This document shows, one piece after another, positions 49,075-61,513 of a stretch of DNA of 64,000 nt (positions within the stretch are counted from its first letter, which is position 1; each line of letters starts with the position of its first letter). The translations under genes and the position numbers were made by a program. Under the pieces are notes generated by a model. That model saw nothing but the letters and a program-made list of their open reading frames with translations, did not search any database and had not been told where the DNA came from. The stretch is from Octopus vulgaris (Eukaryota): NCBI GenBank assembly GCA_951406725.2, contig OX597824.1, forward strand, positions 74,338,001 through 74,402,000. Direction: 5' to 3'.

Positions 49075-49228
49075 TACACAGAAAAAAACAAGGAGAGAAA
49101 AAAAATGCATGTAGGAGCTAACGATCTATCACGGCGTCCTGACTTCGGACATACAGGGTTGACCAAGTCACCTGTTAGTAAATCAAAAACCTTAATTCCA
49201 AGATTTATCTACATTTAACAAATGAATG

Positions 49229-50008
49229 GGCGAAGTTTCGCATGTCGTAGATCAGATTTCCGTCGATTTCCGTAAAAAACTTTTATTTTTTTACATAAGT
49301 AATGAGAGCGAAAGAGACTAAGAGGAAGCGATTTTACGACGAGAAGGTTTCACTTTGAAGTCGGCCTGTGTGTGTTTGATGGGGTGTGGGAGACAGACAG
49401 TATGTTGTGTAAGTGAAGTGCTTCTGTTAGTGTGTGCGAAGAGACAGAGAGAGTAATGTGTGAAAGAGAGAGATAACTGATTTTTTACTCGGTGTATGTG
49501 TATATGTATGTATGCATGTATGTGTGTGTGTGTGTATGTATCTATGTATGTGTGTGTGTGTAAGTATGTGTGTGTGTATGTATGTATGTATGGCCGATTC
49601 ATCGTAATTTTTTACTCGGTGTATGTGTATATGTATGTCTGCATGTATGTGTGTGTGTGTGTGTATGTATCTATGTGTGTGTGTGTGTGTAAGTATGTGT
49701 GTGTGTGTATGTATGTGTGTGTGTGTGTATGTATGTATGTATGGCCGATTCATAGTAATTTTTTACTCGGTGTATGTGTATATGTATGTCTGTCTCTTCA
49801 CACACACTAACAGAAGCACTTCACTTACACAACATACTGTCTGTCTCCCACACCCCATCAAACACACACAGGCCGACTTCAAAGTGAAACCTTCACGTCG
49901 TAAAATCGCTTCCTCTTAGTCTCTTTCGCTCTCATTACTTATGTAAAAAAATAAAAGTTTTTTACGGAAATCGACGGAAATCTGTGCTACTACAACCGAA
50001 ACTATGCC
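49229..50008. mobile_element. long-TIR non-autonomous DNA transposon with 8-bp TSD (Merlin-like)
   Basis: AATGAATG|GGCGAAGTTTCG ... CGAAACTATGCC|AATGAATG; ~220-bp inverted arms and internal ~130-150-bp tandem units. Confidence 0.85.
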
Positions 50009-50134
50009 AATGAATGAATTTAATCAAACTGAAGTCCTTGAGCAACACATTTTTCCATTTGATTCAATATTGAATTACAGAGAGTATTTATGGAATGTTG
50101 ATATGCTGTCAGGTGACTTTTGGCCAACCCTAAA

Positions 50135-50510
50135 TGCAGGAGTGGCTGTGTGGTAAGTAGGTTGCTTACCAGCCTTGGGCAAGTGTCTTCTACTATAGCC
50201 TTGGGCCAACCAAAGCCTTGTAAGTGGATTTGGTACACGGAAACTGAAAGAAGCCTGTCGTATATATGTATAAATATATATGTGTGTGTGTGTATATATG
50301 TTTGTGTGTCTGTGTTTGTTCCCCGCCTCCATCACTTGACAACTGATGGTGGTGTGTTTACGTCCCTGTAACTTAACGGTTCAGCAAAAGAGACCGACAG
50401 AGTAAGTACTAGGCTTACAAAGAATAAGTCCTGGGGTTGATTTGCTCAACTAAAGGCGGTGCTCCAGCATGTCCACAGTCAAATGACTGAAACAAGTAAA
50501 AGAATAAAGA
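50135..50510 (+). mobile_element. SINE family B with a deletion in the head
   Basis: Family B layout lacking the B-box segment. Confidence 0.82.
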
Positions 50511-50799
50511 TATATATATATATACACATATATATTTCATTAATAAATATATATATATATAAAGTCACACATACATACACTCATGATGGGCTTGTTTCAG
50601 TTTTTCTCTGCCAAATCCACTTACAAGATTTTGGTTGGCTCAAGGTTATAGTAAAAGACACTTGCCCAGGATGTGATGCCATGAGACTAAACTGGTTGGG
50701 AAAATATCTTCTTAACGATGCAGCCATATATATATATGTATGTGTGTGTGTATAATATACACATACTTTCCTATGGTAATAATGTGCTAGAAAAGAGGA

Positions 50800-52580
50800 G
50801 GAGTTTCCTGAAAGACTGTTTCAAAGTTTGTTGACTGCTCCTTGGAAAAGATGTACCCAGCTTCCTTCTCCAAGCAGATCAGTAGTTATTTAAAGCAGTC
50901 ATCATTTAGTCTTGTACAAAGGTGGGTTGCTTAATTTGCATATTCATGTTTTTGATGGCTTGTCTTTAATTAAACATCAGTTTGATAAATGACAGCAGTC
51001 TCATTAGCATGACTGATGACTTTAATGGACATGTAGAACAACTGTGAGATGACTACTTCTTAGTACATGAATATGTTGTAAGAAACAAAAAAGGAATGTA
51101 ACTTCTCTGATTTCTGTTATGTAAAAGACTTAATTATTTATAACAGCAACTTCAAGAAACTAGCCAGCTCTCTGATCACCAACTAATCAGGCAAACATAG
51201 AAACAGCATAAATTCATAGTTATCAGCAAACAGGAATAGCAACTGGTTTTCAATAGTGAGTCCTTCCTCAGTGAAAAATATACCAACCCACATAGCTCAG
51301 TGGTCAACAATCTGAGTTATGAGCGGTAAGCTGGCAGAATCGTTAGCACGCTGGGTGAAATGCTTAGCAGTATTTCGTCTGCTGTTACGTCTGAGTTCAA
51401 ATTCCGCCGAGGTCGACTTTACCTTTCATCCTTTTGGGGTCGATTAAATTAAGTACCAGTTACACACTGGGGTCGATGTAATCGACTTAATCCCTTTGTC
51501 TGTCCTTGTTTGTCCCCTCTATGTTTAGCCCCTTGTGGGTAGTAAAGAAATAGGTATTTCGTCTGCTGCTACGTTCTGAGTTCAAATTCCGCCGAGGTCG
51601 ATTTTGCCTTTCATCCTTTCAGGGTCGATAAATTAAGTACCAGTTACGCACCGGGGTCGATGTAATTGATTTAATCCCTTTGTCTGTTCTTGTTTGTCCC
51701 CTCTATGTTTAGCCCCTTCTGGGCAATAAGGAAATAAGAATCTGAGAAAGAGAGAAAGAGCTAGACAGACTCAGAGACACAAGACAACCTACAAGATAAA
51801 GGTAGAGAGCCAGAATGTTCCTTGGCCCTAACAAATGTGGTTTGGTTAGCTGAGAGGTGGAAATTTATTCAAGCTGTGTGTCATTTCCCACATAAAAGCA
51901 ACCACAAGGAATCATATTTATTTCCATATTGACATTACAATAGTTACTTGCCAAAAGCTGTTGTGCTTAATGCCAGCAGCTAGTGTATGAGAATCTATGT
52001 CTGGCAAAAAGAGAAAATGTAAGTCTTTATGCTTGGTGAGGTGGTTTTTAACATCACATCGAAGTGGCATGAATGCTGGTTGACCAAGAAAATTTCTGCC
52101 ATCCTCTGCCTTACACGCTCACCTCTCTGGTTTATATTTCCCACACATATCAATTTATATCCATCATTTGGCACGAAGCTGCATGGAATTTTCCAGGACT
52201 CTTAACAAATGCTTCAGGATACTGATTGGCTTGAATGTAGACTAACATCACCTGATATGTCATGGCTTTTGTCCATGGCAGGACCGATGTGGTTTCAAAT
52301 ACTAAGTACTGCTACACAAGGCTCAAAGAAGTTCTATGTGATACATAATAAGGAGGTAACAACAGAAACTTACAACACAGAAGACAACTGTGGGAGGTCT
52401 ATGAAAAACTTTGCTGTAAGTTACATAGCATATCTGTTGATGGAGCCAAGTTTCAGCAAGAGAGGTGATTTGATGATGAAATAATACAGTAGATAAGGCC
52501 ATAAAAGCTAACAGACCATATGGAAGACAGGGCCTTAGCAGTAGTATGGGTTCCAGGCAAATAATTGCACTGGGCTCAAC
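50800..52580 (-). pseudogene. heavily decayed hAT-like transposase, split by a SINE
   Basis: Minus-strand remnants AMDKSHDISG (cf. LDESTD), ILIH*LLAL (cf. HCxxHxLxL) and TRLNDDCFK*LLI (dimerisation domain) occur in the expected order. Confidence 0.45.
51322..51738 (+). mobile_element. SINE family A, two units
   Basis: Head plus duplicated body. Confidence 0.88.
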
Positions 52581-52589
52581 AATATTTAT

Positions 52590-52972
52590 AGGTGTAGGAG
52601 TGGCTGTGTGGTAACCACATGGTTCCGGGTTCAGTCCCACTATGTGACACTTCGGCAAGTGTCTTCTACTATAGCCTTGGGTCGACCAAAGCCTTGTGAG
52701 TGGATTTGGTAGACGGGAACTGAAAGACGCCCGTCGTATATATGTATGTGTGTGTATATGTTTGTGTGTCTGTGTTTGTCCCCCAACATCGCTTGACAAC
52801 CGATGCTGGTGTGTTTACGTCCCCGTAACTTAGCGGTTCGGCAAAAGAGACTGACAGAATGAGTACTAGGCTAACAAAGAATATGTCCTGAAGTCGATTT
52901 GCTTGACTAAAGGTGGTGCTCCAGCATGGCCTCTGTCAAATGACTGAAACAAGTAAAAGAGTAAAAGAGAGT
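52590..52972 (+). mobile_element. SINE family B
   Basis: Full layout. Confidence 0.85.
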
Positions 52973-54271
52973 ATTTATTCATTAAAAGCAAGCTATGGTA
53001 TGCTTAGATCAGAATTATGGCCCTAGAACTGTGGGGCCCCAAGGCAAGTGCCTAGTGTGCTTATGCCTTAAGATGGCACTGAGAAGAGATTAGAATGGAT
53101 GAACAACAACATTTATCTTCATCTGCTTCTTTATGATTTCTTATTTACTAATACACATCAGATTTGAGATTAAATTATATTTTAAGTGGTTTTGATCTTT
53201 AATCCATTTTTAATCCGTAAATCTAATCTTTACTTTATATTTTTTCCTTTTCAGGTGAATATACAGGGTCTAATAGTTAAGGTGTTTGGCTCACATTCAT
53301 AAGATCTTGAGTTCAACTCTTGGGACCAGGCAACACAATGTATCTTTGACCAAGACACTTCGTTTCACATTGCTCCAGTGTACTCAGTTTTAAATGAGTA
53401 CAAGCCAGGTGCTGATGGAACACTCTCTCTCCCTCTCTCACTACCCCCACCTTCTTTCTTGCAGAACCACCCCTCTCTCGCACCCCTCTTTCTCTCCTTT
53501 CAGTTCTTGCGTCCAGGATATGCCAATGGGTCAAGATTTAGGGGACTGAGTGACTATCTATGTATGTTCGTAACTATAGAGGTACTTAAAACAATTAGTG
53601 AAAGTATGGTTTAAAATTCTGGTACAAGGCCAGCAATTTCAGGGGAAGGGGTAAGTTAACCTTGAAAGGCAAAGTTAACCTTGAAAAGGCAAAGTTAACC
53701 ATGGCAGAATTTGAACTCAGAATGTGAAAACAGAAGGCATGGTACAAATTACCAAACTACACTCACTTGCAAGTGATGGCTTGTTGTACTGTACTTGACT
53801 TCACTTACAGAGCCTCAAATAATCATGGGATAAAAATTTGAAACCATAGATTCATTTGATGCTTGAGATAAAAACACTTTTACAAGTGCTAAAAAACCAA
53901 AAGCTATATCAATGCTTTAGATATTGCATATGGTAAGTATACTTCATATACCATAACATAGACTGCATAGCTGACTAAAATTTATTTCATTTCTTTTAAA
54001 TATTATAATATTGATTTTTTTTATACATTTAAACAATATGTCAAACAGTAATGTCAAGGTTGAGGTGTGTAACATCTCTTTTATGTATTATTTTATGTAT
54101 CACCTGGTCTGGAAAAACAGCTTTAAAAATTGAAGTACATCAAAACTATGTCATGGGATTTATTAGTGGTTAACATCCAAATGATAAAGATTAAGTGGTA
54201 AATCTATGAGAAATGTCACAGTTAAAACCCTACAGAATTAAAGTACTAAATCTTAGAGAAATTACGCAACT

Positions 54272-54666
54272 CGAGCCCCGTGCTAGTAGGGTGTTAAGAG
54301 TACCAACCGAGCATGATCGTCGCCAGAGCGGCTATCTGGCTTCCATGCCGGTGGCACGTGAAAGACACCATTCGAGCATGATCATTACCAGCTTCACCTT
54401 ACTGGCACCTGTGCCGGTGGCATGTGTAAAATATTCAAGTGAGGTCATTGCCAGTACCGCCTGACTGGCCCCGTGCTGGTGGAATATAAAAGCACCCACT
54501 ACACTCTCGGAGTGGTTGGCGTTAGGAAGGGTATCCAGCTGTAGAAACTCTGCCAGATCAAGATTGAAGCCTGGTGCAGCCATCTGGTTCGCCAGCCCTC
54601 AGTCAAATCATTCAACCCATGCTAGCATGGAAAGCGGACGTTAAACGATGATAATGATGATGATGA
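54272..54666 (+). mobile_element. family C tail with four modules
   Basis: Modules, then GGTTGGCGTTAGGAAGGG..., CCATGCTAGCATGG and (GAT)n. Confidence 0.85.
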
Positions 54667-55219
54667 TTGGATTATCAGATAAATTTGTTTTGTGTTGTTT
54701 TTTTTGTTTATTTGGTGCTTCATTGTCATATATCTGAAAAGCTGTAAAATTTATTTGAATTTCAAAAGCTATAAACAAGAGTTGTAGAGGAAGAATAGAG
54801 CTACAAGAAAAAATCCATAAAATCTCTCTATATATAAACGGCAGTTTGTACTGTGATAAAAATATTTTTCTAGTTAATTCAAAATAACATGGGAAAGAAT
54901 TAAAATAAATGGGGGAAAAAACCCAAGCAATTATCTGACAACTAAATATAATGAATTATTAGTAAAGCTAAAAGTAACTTCCTTAAGCTGTTTGGCCACA
55001 TCAAGCATTCAACTCATGATCTTCTTTCGAAAGGGAAACCAATGATGTTTCAAGCAGAGATAGGCAGTCAGATCTTAAAATGGTCCCAATGTCGAATCAT
55101 GGACAGAATTCAATGCACTAATAGTGAGAAAGGAATACTTGAAAGAAATACATTTGTGATGTTTTATAAAGAAACAACAGAAATAACAAATGGTAAAAAT
55201 ATCAACACACAACTTGATT

Positions 55220-55420
55220 ACTCTTTTATTCCTTTAATTGTTTCAGTCATTTCACTGCGACCATGCTGGAGCACTGCCTTTAGTCAAGCAAATCAACCCC
55301 AGGACTTATTCTTTGTAAGCCTAGTACTTATTCTATCAGTTTCTTTTGCCGAACTGCTAAGTTACGGGGACATAAACACACCAGCATTGGTTGTCAAGTG
55401 ATGTTGGGGGACAAACACAG

Positions 55421-55453
<33 letters not shown>

Positions 55454-55615
55454 TATATATGACAGGCTTCTTTCAGTTTCCGTCTACCAAATCCACTCAC
55501 AAGGCTTTGGTCGGCCCCTGAGGCTATAGAAGAAGACACTTGCCCAAAGTGTCACGCAGTGGGACTGAACCCAGCACCATGTGGTTGGTAAGCAAGCTAC
55601 TTACCACACAGCCAC
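55220..55615 (-). mobile_element. SINE family B
   Basis: Reverse-complement full layout. Confidence 0.85.
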
Positions 55616-55793
55616 TAACGGAACCAGATGGATGAAAGGTAAAGTTAATTTCAGCAGGATTTGAAACCATAATATAAAGAGTTGCAACTGAATACTGCAA
55701 AGCATTCTGTCTGATGCACTACCAATTCTGAAATATTTACTGCCTTTCGTATGAATTTTAGGGGCAGATATTAAAACTAGGTACAAACTACTA

Positions 55794-55954
55794 GGCGCAG
55801 GAGTGGCTGTGTGGTAAGTAGCTTGCTTACCAACCACATGGTTCCGGGTTCAGTCCCACTGCATGTCATCTTGGGCAAGTGTCTTCTGCTATAGCCTCGG
55901 GCCGACCAATGCCTTGTGAGTGGATTTGGTAGACGGAAACTGAAAAGAAGCCTG

Positions 55955-56024
<70 letters not shown>

Positions 56025-56350
56025 ATAAAGTTAATCCAAACAAGAAAGCACAAAAAAAACACAACAACGCGAGGACGTGGAACAAATAGAAGTATTAATG
56101 GACGCTCAGGAAAGAAGGAAAGAAGGGTGTGTATATGTTTGTGTGTCTGTGTTTGTCCCCCACAACATCGCTTGACAACCGATGCTGGTGTGTTTACGTC
56201 CCCGTCACTTAGCAGTTCGGCAAAAGAGACCGATAGGATAAGTACTAGGCTTACAAAGAATAAGTCCCGGGGTTGATTTGCTCGACTAAAGGTGGTGCTC
56301 CAGCATGGCCGCAGTCAAATGACTGAAACAAGTAAAAGAGTAAAAGAGAG
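55794..56350 (+). mobile_element. SINE family B with a ~100-bp insert in its microsatellite
   Basis: Family B halves flank 56028-56127, which resembles the A-rich sequence at 48940-49035. Confidence 0.8.
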
Positions 56351-57189
56351 AACTCTCACTGGTTTGTATCAAGTAAGGTCGAGTTATGTGGGAAGCTCTT
56401 CACTTCTCTTCTGTTCCCAGCTTGACTTCCTGTTGAACGTTGTGAGTTCAGTTATTGTGGACGAAGAGGGAAGATGGTTTCCTATTTTAAATGAACAGAA
56501 TGTGACATCAAAAGGCTCGGGTTGACCTAAATATATATCTGCCCTTCCCCTGCAAGCTCTACTGAAATTAATTAGTGGATGAAGTATCTGTAAATACCTC
56601 AGATCATATATAGAAATATATATATATATAAGGTTTCCATTGTCACCAAAAGAAACAGCAGTAGCAGCAGTAACAACAACAACAACAACAGCAACAACAA
56701 CAACAACAACAACAGTAACAGCAACAACATGACTGCACCTACACACACTCACATACAAATCTCTGTAAAAGATGGAACCTGCACAAGAGTAAAACAGTAT
56801 TCAGTACTGATCAAATAATGCTAAGGTAATAAGACCCTTTAAAGCAGACCAAGTGAGGGAGCACCATTGCAGTGACTCAATCTATTAGAAATAGCAACCA
56901 AGTCCCCACTCAGATTATAGACTACCATTTTAGACACACTTAGTCTGCAAAAAAAAAGGAATGCACACAGCTGGAATATCTTTGGTTACAGGTTTGCTTA
57001 ATCCTTATTGCACTGGAACTGACTATATTTGGTTTCATGCATGACTGCTTGAGACACAGAAACCAAGTTAACTCATGTTTGACAGTGAGACACTTTCCAG
57101 ACTTCTTCACATTTCCTATGATGTAATACACACATTTTATTTTTTACTAGCCAATATTTATGTGTGTGTGTGTGCATGTGTTATGGTTA

Positions 57190-57451
57190 GGTTTCTGTGG
57201 CGTATGTATTCCCCCCAGCTGGACGGGACGCCAGTCCATAACAGCATTACTCAAGAAACAGGAAGAGAGAGTGAGAGAAAGTTGGGGGCGAAAGAGTACA
57301 ACAGGGATCGCTACCACCCCCTGCCGGAGCCTCATGGTGCATTAGGGGTTTTCGCCCAATAAACACACACAACGCCCGGTCTGGGAATCGAAACTGCGAT
57401 CCTCCGACCGCGAGTCTGCTGCCCTAACAACTGGGCCATTGTGCCTCCATA
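57190..57451 (-). mobile_element. SINE family D
   Basis: Close to 36391-36710; tail truncated. Confidence 0.82.
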
Positions 57452-57704
57452 TATATATAGACTCACAAACATATGCATGGTGATCTCCTTAGCGCAAGTA
57501 GCATGAAAATTATCCAGTACATGCTATAAAGTGATTGGCATTAGGAAGGGCATCTAGCTATAGAAAGCATACCAGAGCAGACACTGGAGCACTGTGCAGT
57601 CTTTGGATCATCATGGAACATGGATGCCATCATGGAACATGGATGCATACATACATACATATCTCGTATATATATATACATATATACGTATATGAATATA
57701 TATG

Positions 57705-57758
<54 letters not shown>

Positions 57759-58240
57759 ACAGCACAGTGTCCATAGATAATGCAGTGAAAAAAGAGAAAA
57801 TGTAAAAAAAAAACTTAACAAAGATAAAAAGAGAGCAATTGGTTGATTTGATTCTAGGTAGAAAGAATATGTTGTATGGTTTCTAGATAGTGAGACTTCT
57901 GATCATGGATCAAAGTCTCTCAGGTTGAAAACAAAAAGAGAATGGCTAAGTTGGCAATTGGGTGCAAAGCTTCTGATAGAGTAGATAACAGATAACAAGA
58001 TCAAATAGACAAATAAGATGATTAAGAGAAAAAGCATTAAAGAAAAAGATAGAGGAATATAAATTTCAATATATTTTGGTTATATTGATACTAGAACTGA
58101 ACTCACACTTCAAATAAATAAATATATATATATCGTTTTTAGAAATACACTCTAAAAAGTAGAGCAGTCTATGTTTTTTCCCAGTGAAGGCCGGTTTATC
58201 TTCAGGCGCCAAGAAAAGAGGTCATAGGCCAAAAGATCTC

Positions 58241-58303
58241 GGGGTCTGAAGATACACCATAAAGTTAAACCATTCATGGATGGGAAAAACCCAGGGTAAC
58301 CCC
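58241..58303 (+). ncRNA. hammerhead-like motif
   Basis: GGGGT CTGAAGA TACACCAT...ATGGATGGGAAAAAC CCAGG GTA ACCCC; perfect stem I and degenerate stem II/GAAA junction. Confidence 0.55.
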
Positions 58304-58622
58304 ATAAACTGGCCTTCACTAGTTGTATATTATTGACTGCTATTTTCAGTAAATATTGGTGCTTTGTTGTACCACTATTCTATATATATGTATGTGTGTG
58401 TGTACATATATGTATGTATGTGTGTGTATATATATATATATATATATAGCAAATAAGAAAATGGAGGAGAACAATAGTTTGGTTCATCAAGTTTAGGACA
58501 TTAAAAATGTTAACTTATTTATTAAACAGATCATTACAATAACATATATACATATAGCATATTATTCTATGCATATAAGATAAGGATACAAGTAATTATT
58601 AGAATGAATATAAATTAGTAAA

Positions 58623-58751
58623 ATAACTTACAGCTGTTCCAGCCCAAAGATAAAAGTATCTCATTCTGCCTATATTAGTCAAGTGTATTGAGGTAATAGG
58701 CAGATGAAAATGAGGTACTTAAATATATCTCTAGGCTTCGTCAGAGATTAT
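58623..58751 (-). ncRNA. type I hammerhead with long stem II and one core mutation
   Basis: ATAATCT CTGACGA AGCC...GGCT GGAAC AGCT GTA AGTTAT; GAAA has become GGAA; palindrome ACAGCUGU. Confidence 0.7.
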
Positions 58752-58959
58752 ATAGTATAAAAATAATAAATATAAATATAAAACAAAATACACAAGGGAA
58801 TGGCAAAGGCTGATACAGCTGAGTGAACTGGAGCAACATGAAATAAAGTGTCTTGCTCAAGAACAACACACAGCCCGGTCCAGGTACTGAATCCACTACC
58901 TCATAATTACGAGCCTGACACTCTAACTACTGAGCCATGTACCTTCACACACACACATA

Positions 58960-59017
<58 letters not shown>

Positions 59018-59039
59018 TATGTAATCTATGTATTTTTTT

Positions 59040-59279
59040 CTTCTACTTCTTTCAGTCATTTGACTGCGACCATGCTGAAGCACCGCCTTTAGTCGAGCAA
59101 ATCAACTCCAGGACTTATTCTTTGTAAGCCTAGTACTTATTCTATCAGCTTCTTTTGCCGAACCACTAAGTTACGAGGACGTAAACACACCACCATCGGT
59201 TGTCAAGCGATGTTGGGGGGACAAACACAGACACACAAACATATACACACACACATACATACATACAGATATATACATA

Positions 59280-59350
<71 letters not shown>

Positions 59351-59542
59351 TTATATACATACATACATACATGTATACGATGGACTTCTTTCAGTTTCTA
59401 TCTACCAAATCCACTCACAAGGCTTTGGTCGGCCCCTGAGGCTATAGTAGAAGACACTTGCCCAAGGTGCCACGCTGTGGGAGTGAACCCGGAACCATGT
59501 GGTTGGTAAGCAAGCTACTTACCACACAGCCACTCTTGCGCC
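59040..59542 (-). mobile_element. SINE family B with expanded (TA)n
   Basis: Reverse-complement full layout. Confidence 0.85.
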
Positions 59543-60037
59543 TTGTACGTAAATGCATGCACTATATGTAAATGCATGCAAGTATGTGTGCATGTGCAAC
59601 AATGCACAATTTTCCTGTAACAAAATCGGTTCCCTTGTAACACAGAGGAAGAGACACTGAAACATTGAGCTTTATGTAGCAATCAGCAGCTGATGAAATA
59701 GAGCTCTTGTTTGGTTTCATGTCCTTCTTCTTGAACTTTGACTTCATGATAACATGAACCTCTCCCTCACCCACCACTACCATCACCATTACCACAAATG
59801 AGATAAATAAACCATTCACCAAATGAGTTATGATTCAGTTGCTATTACTGCTGCTTCTATTGCTGTTGTTGTGGATGTGGTGGTTGTTGTTTTTCTTTGG
59901 CTTCTGATTGACTGGGCAGATAACCTATAATACTTCTGCTTTTTACCTTTCACTTGTCTTAGTTATTGAAGTGTGGCCATGCTGAAGCACCACCTTGAAG
60001 GGTTTAGTAGATCAAATAGAACTTGATATCTTTTTTG

Positions 60038-60633
60038 AGGTGGCGAGCTGGCAGAGTCATTAGCATGCCGGGCGAAATGCTTAGCTGTATTTCATCTGCC
60101 GCTACGTTCTGAGTTCAAATCCCGCCGAGATCGACTTTGCCTTTCATCCTTTCGGGGTCGATTAAATAAGTACCAGTTACACACTGGGGTCGATATAATT
60201 GACTTAATCCGTTTGTCTGTCCTTGTTTGTCCTCTCTGTGTTTAGCCCCTTGTGGGTAGTAAAGAAATAGGTATTTCGTCTGTCGTTACATTCTGAGTTC
60301 AAATTTCGCAGAGGTCGACTTTGCCTTTCATCCTTTCGGGGTCGATTAAATAAGTACCAGTTATGCACTGGGGTCGATATAATCGACTTAATCCGTTTGT
60401 CTGTCCTTGTTTGTCCTCTCTGTGTTTAGCCCCTTGTGGGTAGTAAAGAAATAGGTATTTCGTCTGCCGTTACATTCTGAGTTCAAATTTCGCCGAGGTC
60501 AAGTTTGCCTTTCATCCTTTCGGGGTCGATTAAATAAGTACCAGTTACACACTGGGGTCGATATAATCGACTTAATCCGTTTGTTTGTCCTCTCTGTGTT
60601 TAGTCCCTTGTGGGTAGTAAAGAAATAGGTATT
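60038..60633 (+). mobile_element. SINE family A, three tandem body units
   Basis: One head, then three ~180-bp units joined at AAAGAAATAGGTATTTCGTCTG. Confidence 0.9.
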
Positions 60634-61513
60634 TTTTTGTAAGTATTCTTTTGTAAAGTCTGATATTTTTTCTCTTAATCTCTTACGCGGAGCTGCTGTC
60701 TAAACATTTTAGACACAGTGTATTTAGGATTACATTTTTGAATGCACCCTTCCATTTTCCTGTGTGACTTGAGAGAGATTTTACTACTAATTTCTAGCAG
60801 GTTGAGCAATCACGTAAGGGAGGTGTTCCTCTTGTTTGGTAGTGTCATACTATTGGGTTGGGTTGGGTTGTAAGCTTCGATCAAGCCAACTCATTTTTAT
60901 GTAATTTACACTGCTAAAGACCTGTGTGGAATTTTTGGACATGCATGACAGCCGCACCCTCACAGTCACCTCACCTATAGCTATGTGGTCATTTGATCTT
61001 AGAAACAGGCAAGACAACCACATACTCATAGTTCCATGCCTATAGCTAGTGGCCTAATGACCTCACAAACTGACATGACAGCCAAGCATTCACAATGCCT
61101 CTCCAATAGTTATGTGGTCTTGTGTGCATGTATGTACATGTGAATGTACATTTATATGTGCAAGTATTAATGTGTATTATATGTGCAAGTATTAATGTGT
61201 ATATAAGCAAATGAGTGTGTGTGTGTGTATGTGTGTACATGCATATGTGTGTATGTTTGTAAGCTTGTGAAAACCAAAGGTACAACTCAACACCTTCCTT
61301 CAGACAAAACCAGCATGTGCTTATATATTTATTGGCTGTGTCTGTGTGCACACCTATATGTGTATGTCTGTTTATGAGCATGTATAGGCACAACTATATA
61401 TTCGGTTCAGTGAGCTTGTGTGCATGCAAATTAGCAACTATAGGTATGGGAATAAAATATTTTGGTGGGAAAGTGCATATATGTGTATGTATGTGCATGT
61501 GTATGTACATATG

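Noticed and set aside
56361-56526. Possible minus-strand exon (TTTAG ... GTGAG)
   Set aside because: Weak pyrimidine tract, stops in all frames and no recognisable protein.
59562-59822. ORF containing MKSKFKKKDMKPNK
   Set aside because: No recognisable domain or splice support; starts in a low-complexity tract.
60038-60633. CRISPR-like or satellite array
   Set aside because: Units are whole SINE bodies with no unique spacers; the context is eukaryotic and there are no cas genes.
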